Below are positions 25,672 through 38,100 of a DNA stretch of 38,639 nucleotides, piece by piece; positions within the stretch are counted from its first letter, which is position 1; each line of letters begins with the position of its first letter. A program made the position numbers and the translations under genes. Under the pieces are notes generated by a model. It had not been told where the DNA came from. It was given only the letters and a program-made list of their open reading frames with translations, and ran no database searches. Source of the stretch: Candidatus Onthoplasma sp. (GTDB lineage Bacteria; Bacillota; Clostridia; Christensenellales; UBA1242); NCBI GenBank assembly GCA_045637745.1, contig JAZUAB010000009.1, positions 1-38,639 of the forward strand. The letters are read 5' to 3'.

Positions 25672-26826
25672 CTATCTTACAACCCAAACATTATCTTCGT
25701 TTACTGGATCAGAGTGATAATTTACTATTAAGAATTCTGTGCTTGGCTTTTTGTTAAATGTGCAAGATTGAACATTTATTTGAGACTCACTATTTAGTCC
25801 CTTTTCAAGTCCATTATTAGCAGTTTGAATAACATAAATCATCTTTGAACTATTTAACGATGTCATTGAGCAGTTGTTAATATTTACAATAAACTTTGTA
25901 TAACCTGCCGAACTACTCTCGTTATATGAATCTGCCAACAAGCACACCCCCATGGTATTAAATGAATCGGTTGCAATCTCAGAATTTGCAATCCACACGT
26001 GTTCCTTACTAATCAATTCGCAATTATTAAGGTTTACCATACCGCGTTTAACATTTACCGCATCCCCTCCAACAAACTTGCAATTGTTAAAATTAAACTC
26101 GCTATCACTATTAATAAATGCTCCAACCCCAGTATTTGGTGTAGCCGTAGATGGCTTTTCTGCAATAAACTCACTATCAGTTGCAGTTAATTTAATGTTA
26201 GTGCTGTTTTTATGTGCATATAAAGGAGTTACATTATTACCTGTTACTTTGCATTCAACATTATCAATGTTCACATTAATATTTTGTCCACTCATTTTAT
26301 TATTGATAAAGTTAAATATGTACAAAAGTTCATCAGTATAAATCTTGCCATTTGACACATTAAAATTAATTGCGCCGTATGAAGCATTTAATACAAATAT
26401 AGACTTAATTGATTGAGTTTGTTCACCGATCAAATCGGTTGTTAGTGAATAATTGTTTAAATCTAGATTAATATTAATTTCTCGCCCCTCAGGAAATCCG
26501 CCCACATCAACAAAACTATTGATAGTTATTATGTGATCTAAAACAACATCTTCTTCAAGTATAATTTTATCGTCCACTTCGCTGGTTAGAAGAACATCGT
26601 CTAATGAAATTGATGTTTCAAATCTCTCAGCATAATCATCATCTTTACATTTAAGAGTATAATACACCCCGTCATTTGTAATATGATACGTTCTAGCCTC
26701 ACCCAACGAATGAATATGTGGATTAGTAGTCTTATCCGGCTGATTAAATGCTATAGCCATCACTACCGCAATTAACACAGAACAAACTGCTATAACTCCT
26801 AGCATAATTAACTTGTTTTTTTTCAT
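25672..26826 (-). CDS. Membrane-anchored/secreted hypothetical protein, Asn-rich, possibly beta-helix
   Basis: N-terminal signal/anchor KKNKLIMLGVIAVCSVLIAVVMAIAF. The rest is a repetitive N/S/T-rich body. Confidence 0.6.
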   Translation of the reverse strand: MKKNKLIMLGVIAVCSVLIAVVMAIAFNQPDKTTNPHIHSLGEARTYHITNDGVYYTLKCKDDDYAERFETSISLDDVLLTSEVDDKIILEEDVVLDHIITINSFVDVGGFPEGREININLDLNNYSLTTDLIGEQTQSIKSIFVLNASYGAINFNVSNGKIYTDELLYIFNFINNKMSGQNINVNIDNVECKVTGNNVTPLYAHKNSTNIKLTATDSEFIAEKPSTATPNTGVGAFINSDSEFNFNNCKFVGGDAVNVKRGMVNLNNCELISKEHVWIANSEIATDSFNTMGVCLLADSYNESSSAGYTKFIVNINNCSMTSLNSSKMIYVIQTANNGLEKGLNSESQINVQSCTFNKKPSTEFLIVNYHSDPVNEDNVWVVR

Positions 26827-27026
26827 AGTTTTCCCCTTATTCTTTTGTAATTCAATGCAAGTTTACTTCTTATATTTAGTATAAACAATTAAATTTAATA
26901 AATCAATTATTTTCACAATCTTTTTTATTTGTATAATTAATTACATAACACTTAATATTGTACTTACATAAAATATTATGCATTAAATGGCGTAGCAAAA
27001 TCAATTCTACGCTCAAATTATCAAAC

Positions 27027-27052
27027 AAAAAAAAGGCTAAAATAGCCTTTTT
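27027..27052 (-). terminator. Rho-independent terminator after the coupling-protein gene
   Basis: GGCTA (27035-27039) pairs with TAGCC (27043-27047) with A/T extensions, and a long U-run follows on the minus strand directly after the stop. Confidence 0.7.
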
Positions 27053-29086
27053 TTAGAAATCAAATAAATCATCATCGTCATCATCACCAGAATTTGATGA
27101 ATTACGTTTTTTCATAATATCATTACGATTTACGATATCATAATAAACACTGCCTTCATCAAACCCAGTCATTGGTATATATTGTTGAGGTGGTTTATTT
27201 AAGTTGTATATATCAGTTGCTTCGTAATATGGCGTAAATTTATTTTTATACACACATGGTGGTTCAAACGACTTAAGAATTAAGTACCTTTCTTTACGGA
27301 ATGTATTTAACTCATGCGGATAAACTATTGGGCGAGTTTGAATCTGTTTGCTTTCACTCTTAGTCTCTTTGCCATCTGCCTTAGTTGTATTTACATTAGT
27401 CAACTCAATAGTTTTATTACCCAAAATTTTACTAAATTCTTCATTTGTGTTATGGTCATCAGAACCAACGTATACCGATATTGGGCAGTTATTCTTAATA
27501 ATTTGAGCTTCTTGATCACCATATTTGCTATTTAACTGCGCATATGACTGAATAACCAATTGATAAAATACACCACGGCTACGAGCAACCGCAAGTGTTG
27601 TACCAAAGTTTTGGAATTTAGGCATATTACCAAACTCGTCTAGTTCAAAGTATACGTGACGTTTCAAACTGCCACCTAATGAGTTTGCTTTTTCAACCAA
27701 ACGCTTATACATTTGAGTGATAAATAACGAGCCCAATGGATGACGAACTTCAATCTGGTCTGGAATGTGTACAAATATTGCAGTTGGCTTTTCATCCATT
27801 TGATTAAAGTCAATCTCGTTACGACTGGTCATCAAGCTAATACCTTCATCACTAAATGCGATAGTCTTACTAGATACAAAACCCATATAGTTCTTACTTG
27901 TAGTTTCAGCATTGTTCAAGGCTGAATTTGCAAGCTCGCGTACCTTAGAGAACTTGTCACGATATTCAAACAAATATTTCTTAAGTGTAGCAAAAGTATC
28001 TCTTCCGCTTGTATCCGTAAAGTTACATATTTTATACACATTATAAAAGTTAAACTTATCTTCAGTCAACCCCAATTCCGGATCGGTACTATCTTCCAAC
28101 ATCGCAAGAATTACTGCTTGAATTAATTTTTGAGCAACAGTTTCCCAGTTGGCATCATTGGTATTAACAATAGGAGCCACCGCTGTTACAACGTCTTGAA
28201 TTTCAGTAAATGCAGCTGCCTGAAGTTTGCCTTTAACTACACTTAAATCTCTATCAAGATTGTGTCTATCTGCATATGCTGTACGATTAAATTCGTACCA
28301 ATTGGTAGTGTGCCAATCAAAATTGCTGTCCATAATTAATTTTCTAGCCCTTGGGTCATCCCCTGCTGGATGCATTTTAACTTCCTTGTTAATATTTAAA
28401 CTCCGGTGATATGTGCGATATGCATAAGTTAAAGGGTTCCACATTGATGAACCATACGGATTATCTAAGTCAAGCCTCAAGATTGTATAGCCTTCACTTT
28501 TTAATTTTTCAGCATTTTGCTCATATAAGTCTTTCTTAGGGTCAGTAATTACAAAGGATGGTTTTGCAGCAGTCATAGATAACAATTGTATAGTAGGGTT
28601 AATATACTGTGAACTTTTACCTGAACTGGTTGTACCAACAATCAATGTATGAATTGGCTTAATAAAGTTAATTTCTATATTTTGTCCAACTTTTTCAGCA
28701 CGTACAAGAACGCCATCCTTGTTTATCGAACGAATATTGCGGGTTGTACAGAAATTGAAATCTTTTTTACTTTTTAAATCATCCACACTTACAAAGTCAT
28801 TGCTAAAGTATTGTTGAATATCTTTGCCCTTATCGTCTTTAGCCTTATCAATTCCACCTTTGTCTTTCTTCTTTTTGCCTTTGCCATCTGCCATTGCAAA
28901 TAATTTAAATAATAGCAATACTGCAAGAGCTGCACCAGTAATAAATATTGTAACTGTATCAGTTAAATATTCAGCATCAAAAGCGAAGCTTCCGTTTTTA
29001 AAGTATGATACAAGGATTACAGAACCAAAATATATAGCTCCGAATAATACTAAATAAACTATAACTTTTTTCAAAAATTTTTCCAT
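27053..29086 (-). CDS. VirD4/TraG/TraD-family type IV coupling protein-like ATPase
   Basis: Two N-terminal TM helices, Walker A LIVGTTSSGKS, Walker B HVYFELDEFGNMPKF and an acidic tail GDDDDDDLFDF. Confidence 0.75.
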   Translation of the reverse strand: MEKFLKKVIVYLVLFGAIYFGSVILVSYFKNGSFAFDAEYLTDTVTIFITGAALAVLLLFKLFAMADGKGKKKKDKGGIDKAKDDKGKDIQQYFSNDFVSVDDLKSKKDFNFCTTRNIRSINKDGVLVRAEKVGQNIEINFIKPIHTLIVGTTSSGKSSQYINPTIQLLSMTAAKPSFVITDPKKDLYEQNAEKLKSEGYTILRLDLDNPYGSSMWNPLTYAYRTYHRSLNINKEVKMHPAGDDPRARKLIMDSNFDWHTTNWYEFNRTAYADRHNLDRDLSVVKGKLQAAAFTEIQDVVTAVAPIVNTNDANWETVAQKLIQAVILAMLEDSTDPELGLTEDKFNFYNVYKICNFTDTSGRDTFATLKKYLFEYRDKFSKVRELANSALNNAETTSKNYMGFVSSKTIAFSDEGISLMTSRNEIDFNQMDEKPTAIFVHIPDQIEVRHPLGSLFITQMYKRLVEKANSLGGSLKRHVYFELDEFGNMPKFQNFGTTLAVARSRGVFYQLVIQSYAQLNSKYGDQEAQIIKNNCPISVYVGSDDHNTNEEFSKILGNKTIELTNVNTTKADGKETKSESKQIQTRPIVYPHELNTFRKERYLILKSFEPPCVYKNKFTPYYEATDIYNLNKPPQQYIPMTGFDEGSVYYDIVNRNDIMKKRNSSNSGDDDDDDLFDF

Positions 29087-29189
29087 AAAATATCCAATTT
29101 ACAGCCATATGCCACATAATATCGTGGCATACGCTATAAATCTTCTCCTTAATAATAGATTACAATTCTTTTATATTAATGTCAAGTAA

Positions 29190-32100
29190 TTATCTCACTT
29201 TCATTCTTGTTCTTAACCAGATTACTGTTCCAATTAAACCAACAACAATTAAAACAATTATTACAATCAATATAATTGCCACAGTATTTAATGGTTCCTT
29301 AATTGTAAAGTTAAGACTTGTTAAAACATTCCCACTATCACCAACTAATTGAACGTAATATTCTCCAACACCTGTTATTTCTCTTTCAACAAGACCTGTT
29401 GTTGTATGATCAATACGCATAATCTCTTGTCCATTTACAACTAAGATGCACTCTCCAACCTGATCATAAACATTTTCCGCGTTAAATTTTAATACAACAG
29501 GTTTTGTTGTTTTTTCGCCAGGCTTAATTGATGTGGTAATGGTAGGCTTTGCGTTATTTAATGTAAATGAAAATTCCACTTCGCGAGTAGGCAATAATGG
29601 ATCGTCATTTACTCGATATAACATTTTAAACTTCATTTTACCTTGAGTAGCAGTTCCAAATGTCTCTACCAAACGATCATAAGTTACCAACTTGTTGTAC
29701 ACATCAACACCACCAACATTTGCCTTATCTTGCAACATTCCAACAAATTTGCTTGTAACATCAATTTCCGTCGTCTTTAGTACGCTAAATACCGACACTA
29801 TTTCATACCCATAAATAGATGTGAAATCAAGAGCGTTTCTAGCCTCATTTGGATTAAGTATTGTGAATATTAGTTGAGTTGAAACTTCTTCTCCAGTGCT
29901 TAATAAATCTGCAGTAATATTAACAACATACGTTCCATAATCTTTAAAAATATATCTTAATGAATTTGTAGGATGCTCATAACCTTTATAGTTTGGAGTT
30001 CCATTTAAGTTCACATTAATTTCAATAGAGCTAGGAACATAATTGTTAAGCCCAGTAATCTCATTGTAGTCATTTATCTGTAAAGTTACAGGCTTATCAT
30101 AGTAAGCATATTGAATAGGCGCGCTACCAATACTTGAATCATCATCTCCGACCTTAACAGTATACAATATATCATTTTTCTTCATCAGTACAATTGTGAA
30201 TCTGTCTAACGTACTAGTTGACGTCTTGAAATATTGTACATTACCGGCATAATCTTGAATCTTCAACGTATAACTTCCACTATTCTTAAAATTAATTTCG
30301 CTTAAATCATTATTTGCATTACCCACAATTCTGCTAGAAGACTTTTCATCGTTATTATAGTATATATCTATAATTATTCGATTGTGTTGTTCTAATGGGT
30401 TTGTGTTATAGTGATTTTTGTTATACGAACTAAATTTCAACTTATAGTATTCTGCATCTGCATCGTATATCGATTTAGATGTTCCGCTTGATAATAAGTT
30501 GTGTTGATCTGCTTGTTCGCTTCCAGTCATAAATAATAATTGCGATAAAATACTTGTAGAAGCATCAGTTTCACGCACTTCCATTGTTACTACAAATGTG
30601 CGATAATTAGATCTATGCACATGATACAGCCTTATAATTGCTGTTCCTGTCATAAGTTCACAATAATCTGCCTTCACTCCATTATCTTCATTACTATGTA
30701 ATATTAATGCTTGGGCATAATTGCTGTCGTTTACATCAATAATTTTATTCTTTGCAATATACATTTTAATTGCTGTTTGTTTGCCAAAACTGTTAATTGC
30801 AGTCTTCATATGACTTTCATTATCAAAGCCCAAGCTTTCACACTGCCTTAACAAATTACTTTCGCCAAACGTCTCAATAACTTCATCTAAATTGGTAAGC
30901 GTTGCTGGATCGCAAATATTATCGTTAGCGTCACGAACTTCATATAGTCCAGAAATAGTAGTTGACATCGCGATACCATACACACGAGATGCTATCCATT
31001 CATCAGCCTTATCTTTAATAGTGACTACGAAAACATATTTACCCGTGTTGTCAGGGTTAGGTGCAAGTGGATAACTTTCTTCACCTCCCTTTAACAATTG
31101 TTTAGGTGGATCGTTTTGGTTACGAAATTCATATAGGTCATAAGTATAAATAAAGTAATCGCTGGTTGATTTGGTCCACGAAATATTAACTGTTTCAGCT
31201 ATTAAATCTTTATAGTACTTTCCATCACGCAAGTCAATTGTATTGTACTCCTCCGTATTATTAAATGTGGATTTAATCATTGAGATTTTATCTTCATAAT
31301 TGGTGTTTTCAATTCTAAACAATGTTGACGTCGTATCAATCACAACTTTATATGTATGCGTAGCATCACTTTCATCAAGCAATTTTATTTCTACATCAAA
31401 ATTACGGCAAGAACCTTCATCTTCTGGATTTAGAGGTGTGTCAGCATATAAGGTGATATACGCGTATTTGCCTTTCTCCTCGTAACCGTAATGAGTGCCT
31501 TCCGTTGCTGGACCGCTATCTAATAGCACATCCGCTGTATAAAAGTCAATGTTATATGAAATCTTGATATCTGTTGCCGTATATAACACACCAGTAGGTT
31601 GATAAACATTGTCTGGCAAATCAATATATTGATAGTGGTAATAACCTTCAGTGGTTGAAATCCTCAACTTATAATCGTTATTTGCAATATCAGTTAATGT
31701 GATTAAATATTGAATATTGTCGGCTAAATCTAGTCTGTCCGAAGCAGTTTCACTACGCAATTTAACTTCAGTAATATTATCATAATTCTGCCCCTCTGGA
31801 ACTGTAAGCGTAGTTAAGCCATTATCAAAACTTGCGTTGTATGATAATGTGTGTTCATCTCCATTTGTCGCCTTATATTTCACTTCAACCTTTTTTACAT
31901 ACCACCAAGTATTTGTATCAATTTTATTATTTACTTCGCTTAATAATATATACTTCTGTCCAAATTCTCCTTTCTTCCATGACAAGTCAGTCTTCAGCCT
32001 ATAATCTTCGCTATTATATGTATTGATGGCTAGCAAATAGGTTTTTCCATATACGTCCACAAATTCAAGTCTGTAGTTACCCTGGTTTTTAACAATTTCT

Positions 32101-35100
32101 AATATTTCTTCTGCAATATCTTCAGGCTTAGATTTTGAGTTTATGTATATCTTTTTAATATCACTAGCACTGCTGGACGCATTGTAAATATTAATATTAC
32201 CATAATACTGTTTACCTGACGATGCCAATCCATTGACTGTAATACCATTATCATCAATCTCAATAAAGGCTTTTTGGTTATCGCTTGTTAAAACTGGTGT
32301 AAAATTCATAGTCTCATCAGTTTTTTCATCATTGCCAATTAATTTACCTGTAATCGTTAATGATGGACTTGTTGGTGTCGATGGTGTAAAGTATACCACA
32401 TACTGTGTTAAATTTCCCGCTTTGTCTTTTTCAACAATTTCGTAATATTTGCCCTCTATGTTTTGATACTGTTGATTTGATCCTGCTATAATAAGCCCCG
32501 CATATTTGTCCTTTTCACTTCCAGTAAATCGATTCATGCGATATTCTGTTAAAACTTCGTTAAATGTATAAAAGCCTGTTGAATTACCAAAATATCTATC
32601 ACTTATAGGTATTAATCCCATACGTTGTTTAGCGTCAATATCGTTATTAAAGTCCAATTCACGATAATATATTGCATATAAATCTTCATGTTTAAATTCG
32701 GTTGTATCATCAATAGCAATTGCATACATTGCTTGACTGGCATTATCGAATTGTGAATTATTAACAAATTGATAATAAAGATTATTTGTCAATCCATAGT
32801 AGTCGCCTATAGAATTAGTGTTACGATATGCAAAATTTGCATTGATATTTATATCTTCATTTTCGCTGGCACCGGACAACCACTTATGATAATCTTCAAA
32901 ATATGCATTTTGATTTGATAATATCGCATTTAAGTTTTGGTCGTCTGGAGTTCTATCAACATATACCGTATATACTGATTTGTAGAAGTCTGTGCTTACA
33001 AGACTTACATCTTCGTTTGCCCCGTTTTGAGTTGCGTATTTATAATTATAGTATTGAGATGCGGTATTATTTAATATATATTGAACATTTATAGTATAAA
33101 TATATTCCTTATAACCAATAATTTGTCCAGATGTGGCATCTGTTTCAATATCTGTAGGCAACTTGATAATCCATTTGTCTGGATTTGTTCTATCAATTAT
33201 TGAATCGTTATTCCAAGGAAGGCTGGAATTTACTATTCCATTCTTTAATTCAAACCACAGTTTATTATCGGTTCCATCTATGTTAGAACGATATATTGAA
33301 AAATTCTTTTGGTCCACTTGAGCATTGTAAGATGATAAGTCTTCCAAGTTAAGTTCAAAATCAACATATTCTTGATTTGTATATAACTCTTTGCCTGTTG
33401 CATATGTTGGAGTGCTAGTTAGATTTTTATCCTCATTTTTAGCATAAGCATATACATCAATATTTGGCTCTTGCTTAGTTAATTTAATGCCAAATGTAAA
33501 TGTGTTGTAGTCGGTTATATTATTAGCATCGTTGTGCTCTGTTCCTACAAGGTCATTGATTACAAAAATATACTCGCCCGGCAAACTTAACGCATTGTCA
33601 TTAGAATGTGTTCTGGCATTCATATATTCAGCCAGCAACCCTTTCATTCCCTCATCATCAGTTTTAAAATCTAAATCAATATACTCGTCGGCTTTATATT
33701 CACGCTTATCCATCAATGTCATTGTTGATTCGCCATCATTTATTACCGATTGAGGCAATATTTTATATGTATCTTTAAAATATATGCTTAATTGTAGTTT
33801 TAATGTGTTATATGATGTGGCGATTATTTGTGACGACGTTTCGGTATATTTACCTGTCACATATTTACCGGTAGGAACTTTAATGCTTGTTGGCATTTTG
33901 TTTGTTTCTACATATACCTTATATTGCATATTTTTAGATAAATCTGTAGGATCTACAATTAATGTTTTAGGACTTAATCCTTGTTTAGTAAAATTGTCAT
34001 AGTGAACTTCAGCATCACTTGTAGGCATTGACGCATGGATAAATTGTCCCACAATCTTTTCGCTTACATTGGATAATGAATATCCTACTATTGCATTTCT
34101 ATCAACAAAGAATGCATATGAAAAGTTTTCGTCAGAATCAGCATTATTGCCAGTTCTAAGTGTTCTTGTAATAATATATAATCCGGTTTGTGTTACGCTA
34201 CGCGATACTAAAGATTCCCCTTCATAATATGTCTCAAAACCCAAATTTATAGGATTGCTACGATAAATGGTACCGCCATCTCTGGTAGCCTCACTATAAT
34301 CTTTAACCTCAATTGTGTCACCATTTTTAGTTAAAATTTCATTTGTTGTAATATATTTATAAGGATAATAGGGTTCTGTCAATTTATCAGTAACACCCTC
34401 TAATTCGTTGCCACTCATCAACTTATAATAATGATACACCACGCTTATTACTTCAAAGTTGTCTTCAGTGTTTGGCTTGATCCATTCAAATACGAATTTG
34501 CCGTCATCAGACGCTTGAGCGATGTCACACACATCAATACTTAGTGTATCTCCCAACTCTCCAGTTGACAATTCAGACCCGTCAACCTTTGCGTTAGACA
34601 CCCTGTCTGCCGGATAAACTTCATTGTTATATTCACTAGTATTAGTAGCCGAACTTGAATATATGGTTCCCAATGCTTTATCTGGGGTTATTACTATATT
34701 GAAGTTAATATTGGTATTGTTGTCAACTTGGTTTCCTCCCACAACCGATACGGTGTAACGTCGGGCGCCAGTTTTGTCAACCAATATTGTAAGATTTGAG
34801 TTTGTGTAATTAGTAAATAGCCTATCTGCGACACTATCAGCCTGCCATCCAGAAGCAATGCCACCATAATATCTAGTTTGTTTCTCGCCATATTTTGTAA
34901 TGCGGTAATAATTTTCATCTGCCATTTCTTTAAGTTCTACATATTCATGTTGAACCGCATATAACTGCGTGTCACTGACCGTAATAAATAGACTTAAAAT
35001 ATTGTTCCAGTTATTGCCCGACACTTGATAATAGTCTTTATAATATTCAGTTATGCTGTCGTCATCCTTTGTAAGTATGCTATAAATAATAGGATCTGGA

Positions 35101-38100
35101 GACTCGGTATCTGCTGACTTTGTAATAGAACTTAAGTCAATTGCTTTATGCGTACCCCATTCAGTATGAACTGGAGCCGCCACCTTTTCACCGTTATTAT
35201 AAACAATTTCGCTTGTCATAAATGAATCTATCTTGCCGTCGCCATCAGTATCTGTCCAACCGGTCAATTCGTTAATATTAACATTATCATCGTTATTAGT
35301 ATCTGTCCAACTAGTCAACTCGTCGCTGTCAATCTCGCCATCTTCATCTGCATCTTTCCAGCCTATCAACTCATCTACAGAAACTATGTCATCTTTATTG
35401 ATATCATTCCAGGTTATATAGTCACCATATGTTGCCGACACAATTGCATCGGTGCGGTCTATCACCATAATATATCTTAAAATATTGCCAGCCTGATCTT
35501 TTAATTCAAATTCATATATTCCTTGATTTGTTAAAACATTATCGCTTAACAATGCGCCACTTAACGTTGCTGGTCTATCTATTGATATGGCTTTTGATGA
35601 AGTTCCCGCTACATATCTATTAGTTATATACGTATAGGTTACATCGCCTGTGGTTTCTTCTGGTTTTTTAATCTCATTATCAGTTTTTACAAATGGGGTA
35701 TAAACATATGTTGCACTAATTTGAGCTCTACTAGCCTTGTCACTCCAACCAATTGTAAAATTAGTGTTAATTGTGCCTTTGTCTGTGTGTTTAATATATT
35801 TCATTTGGGCATCACGACCAATAGTATATATAGCCTTGTTGTCTAAGATTGAAGTAGTTACTTGATAAACTTCTAAACCAGAAATTGCATCTTTATCTAT
35901 TGTAAAATAACTATAGGTTCTTGTTGCCGACTTTTCAACTTCTAACACAATCATATATGAATCACTATCGGTTATAATTGTTTCTTTGGTGTATTCCCTG
36001 TGTCTAATATTGGTGCTTGCTCCACCATTTATCACGCTTAAATATGTCTCTTCTTGAGGGTATGCTTTGTTTGTTGTATAATATAGTTTTCCTGTTATTT
36101 GAGATTCGAATACGCCTCTATCTTCCCAAGTTGCATATACATTTTGATTAGTAAATTCACGCGCATAAAAGTTTGTTCTATCACCATTTGCATTATTCCC
36201 TTCCGTTTTGTATAGCTCAAGTTGAGGTGTTGCAGACGTTATTTGGAATGCAAAATATTGTGCGCCTTTATCATTTGCAGTAGCGGCAGCAGAGTCAAGT
36301 TTATATTCATAACAAGCTTTTACAAGATAATAGCCTGGAGCAGTAAATGTAGTAACTTTGGTAAAATTGATTTCTTCAAAATCTGTTAGAATAGTTTCAG
36401 AAGTATATGCCCCTGAATAATAATAATATTCACTATTATCTAAATCATATTCATCATTTAGTGTTAACCATAAGCCTCTATCGGTTTTTGAGTATTCACT
36501 TTCGCTAGGTAATGTGGCTGTAAAATCAGATATACTTCCAGCCTCGCTAGTGTTAACTACCTTTCCTGTCTTCTCAGTGCCAGCAACCAACTCATAATGT
36601 ATGCCTAACGCGTCACCATCACGTTCCTTAGCCGAACTTGTAAATCCATTAAGCAGAATAAACATTGTGCCATTTTGAACAATTTTCAAATCCACCATGT
36701 CGGCACTGATAAATCCAGCCTTAGAGTACTTTAATTGATAACCATATATATCTAATGACATATTGCCAAAAGCTAAGTCTTGTTTGTCAATAATCAGATT
36801 GGTCGCATCTTTGGTATAAATATACTTAATGTCAAATGTATATTGTCCATTATCAGCAAACATTAACGATAAAATCTTATTATCTTTTTCATCTTCATTC
36901 TCAGGCTTCGTAAAATCATCAACCCGATAGTATTTGGATGTTCCCTCGTCATATATAGTTGTTGTTACAACGATTTCTCTACTAGCATCATCATATACAA
37001 TATCAACATTTTTGTGCAAATCGCCACTAATATGCGTATAACTTATTTTATATCTAGTGTAGTCGTATGTAAGAGTTGGATAATTATAATTATCGCCATA
37101 GTTGAAATAATATTGACGATTAGTTGCAATGCTTGTTGATTTTACTGTAGCATTTTCAAATGTAGGTTTAGATGTATATTGATTGTCATTCACTTCAACA
37201 GTATCGCTATATGAAGATTCTAACAATAGATAAAAATCAAATTCAGCCTTCAATGCCTTACCATCTACCATATAAGATATACTAATCTCATAATGCCCCT
37301 CAGCTCCATCAATAAACCAAGTAAAATCTTGATATTGATTGTTGTATGTGCGTGAACTAGGTATATCGGTTAAAACTGTTCCATCTCTAGTCACCTTAAC
37401 TGAAACATATTGCATTTCAGCACCAACATTTAGATAGTATTTGCCATCTGAATAATACGCTCCGTCAGAATAGTAGTCTTTAATGTCATTACTATTCGTA
37501 TCAATCCAGCCGGTCAATTCAGTAGAATTAATAGTGGTATCATTTGTATCAACCTTTCCATCAGCATTTGTATCAATCCAGCCGGTCAATTCTACCGCTT
37601 CAACAACTCCCTCAGTGCCAGCGTCGGTGCGATCTGTCCAGCCTGTAAGTTCGCCTTCATCAATTTGACCATCTTCATCCGTATCAGTCCAGCCTGTTAG
37701 TTCAGTTGCATCAACTATATCGTCATTGTTTGTATCTGTCCATTTTAACGATGGTGTCCAGCCTGGAAGATTATTAAGTGTGCCGGTCCAGCCAAACAAC
37801 TCTCCAGCTTCAACCTCTCCCTGAGTGCCAGCGTCGGTGCGATCTGTCCATTCTATCACATTCTCGTGGACCCAATTTGCATTCAACTCCGTAATATCAA
37901 CTTCGTTATCTTTGCTTCCAGCATCGGTACAGCCTGGAAGATCATTTAAATCTCCAGACCAACCACTTAATTCATCAGTGGTTATTTTATAATCCTTATT
38001 TTTATCATCCCAACGTATTGCACCCTTGTCAGTCCAGCCTGTTAATTCACTGACATCAACTATTCCTTTGTTTTTCGTATCAGTCCAGCCTGGAAGCCCC

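Noticed and set aside
35233-35421. Plus-strand ORFs with repeated VQPVNS peptides (also 37483-37668 and 38026-38238)
   Set aside because: They are the antisense reading of the ELTGWTD repeat DNA of the giant minus-strand gene, so the repetition is inherited from that gene.
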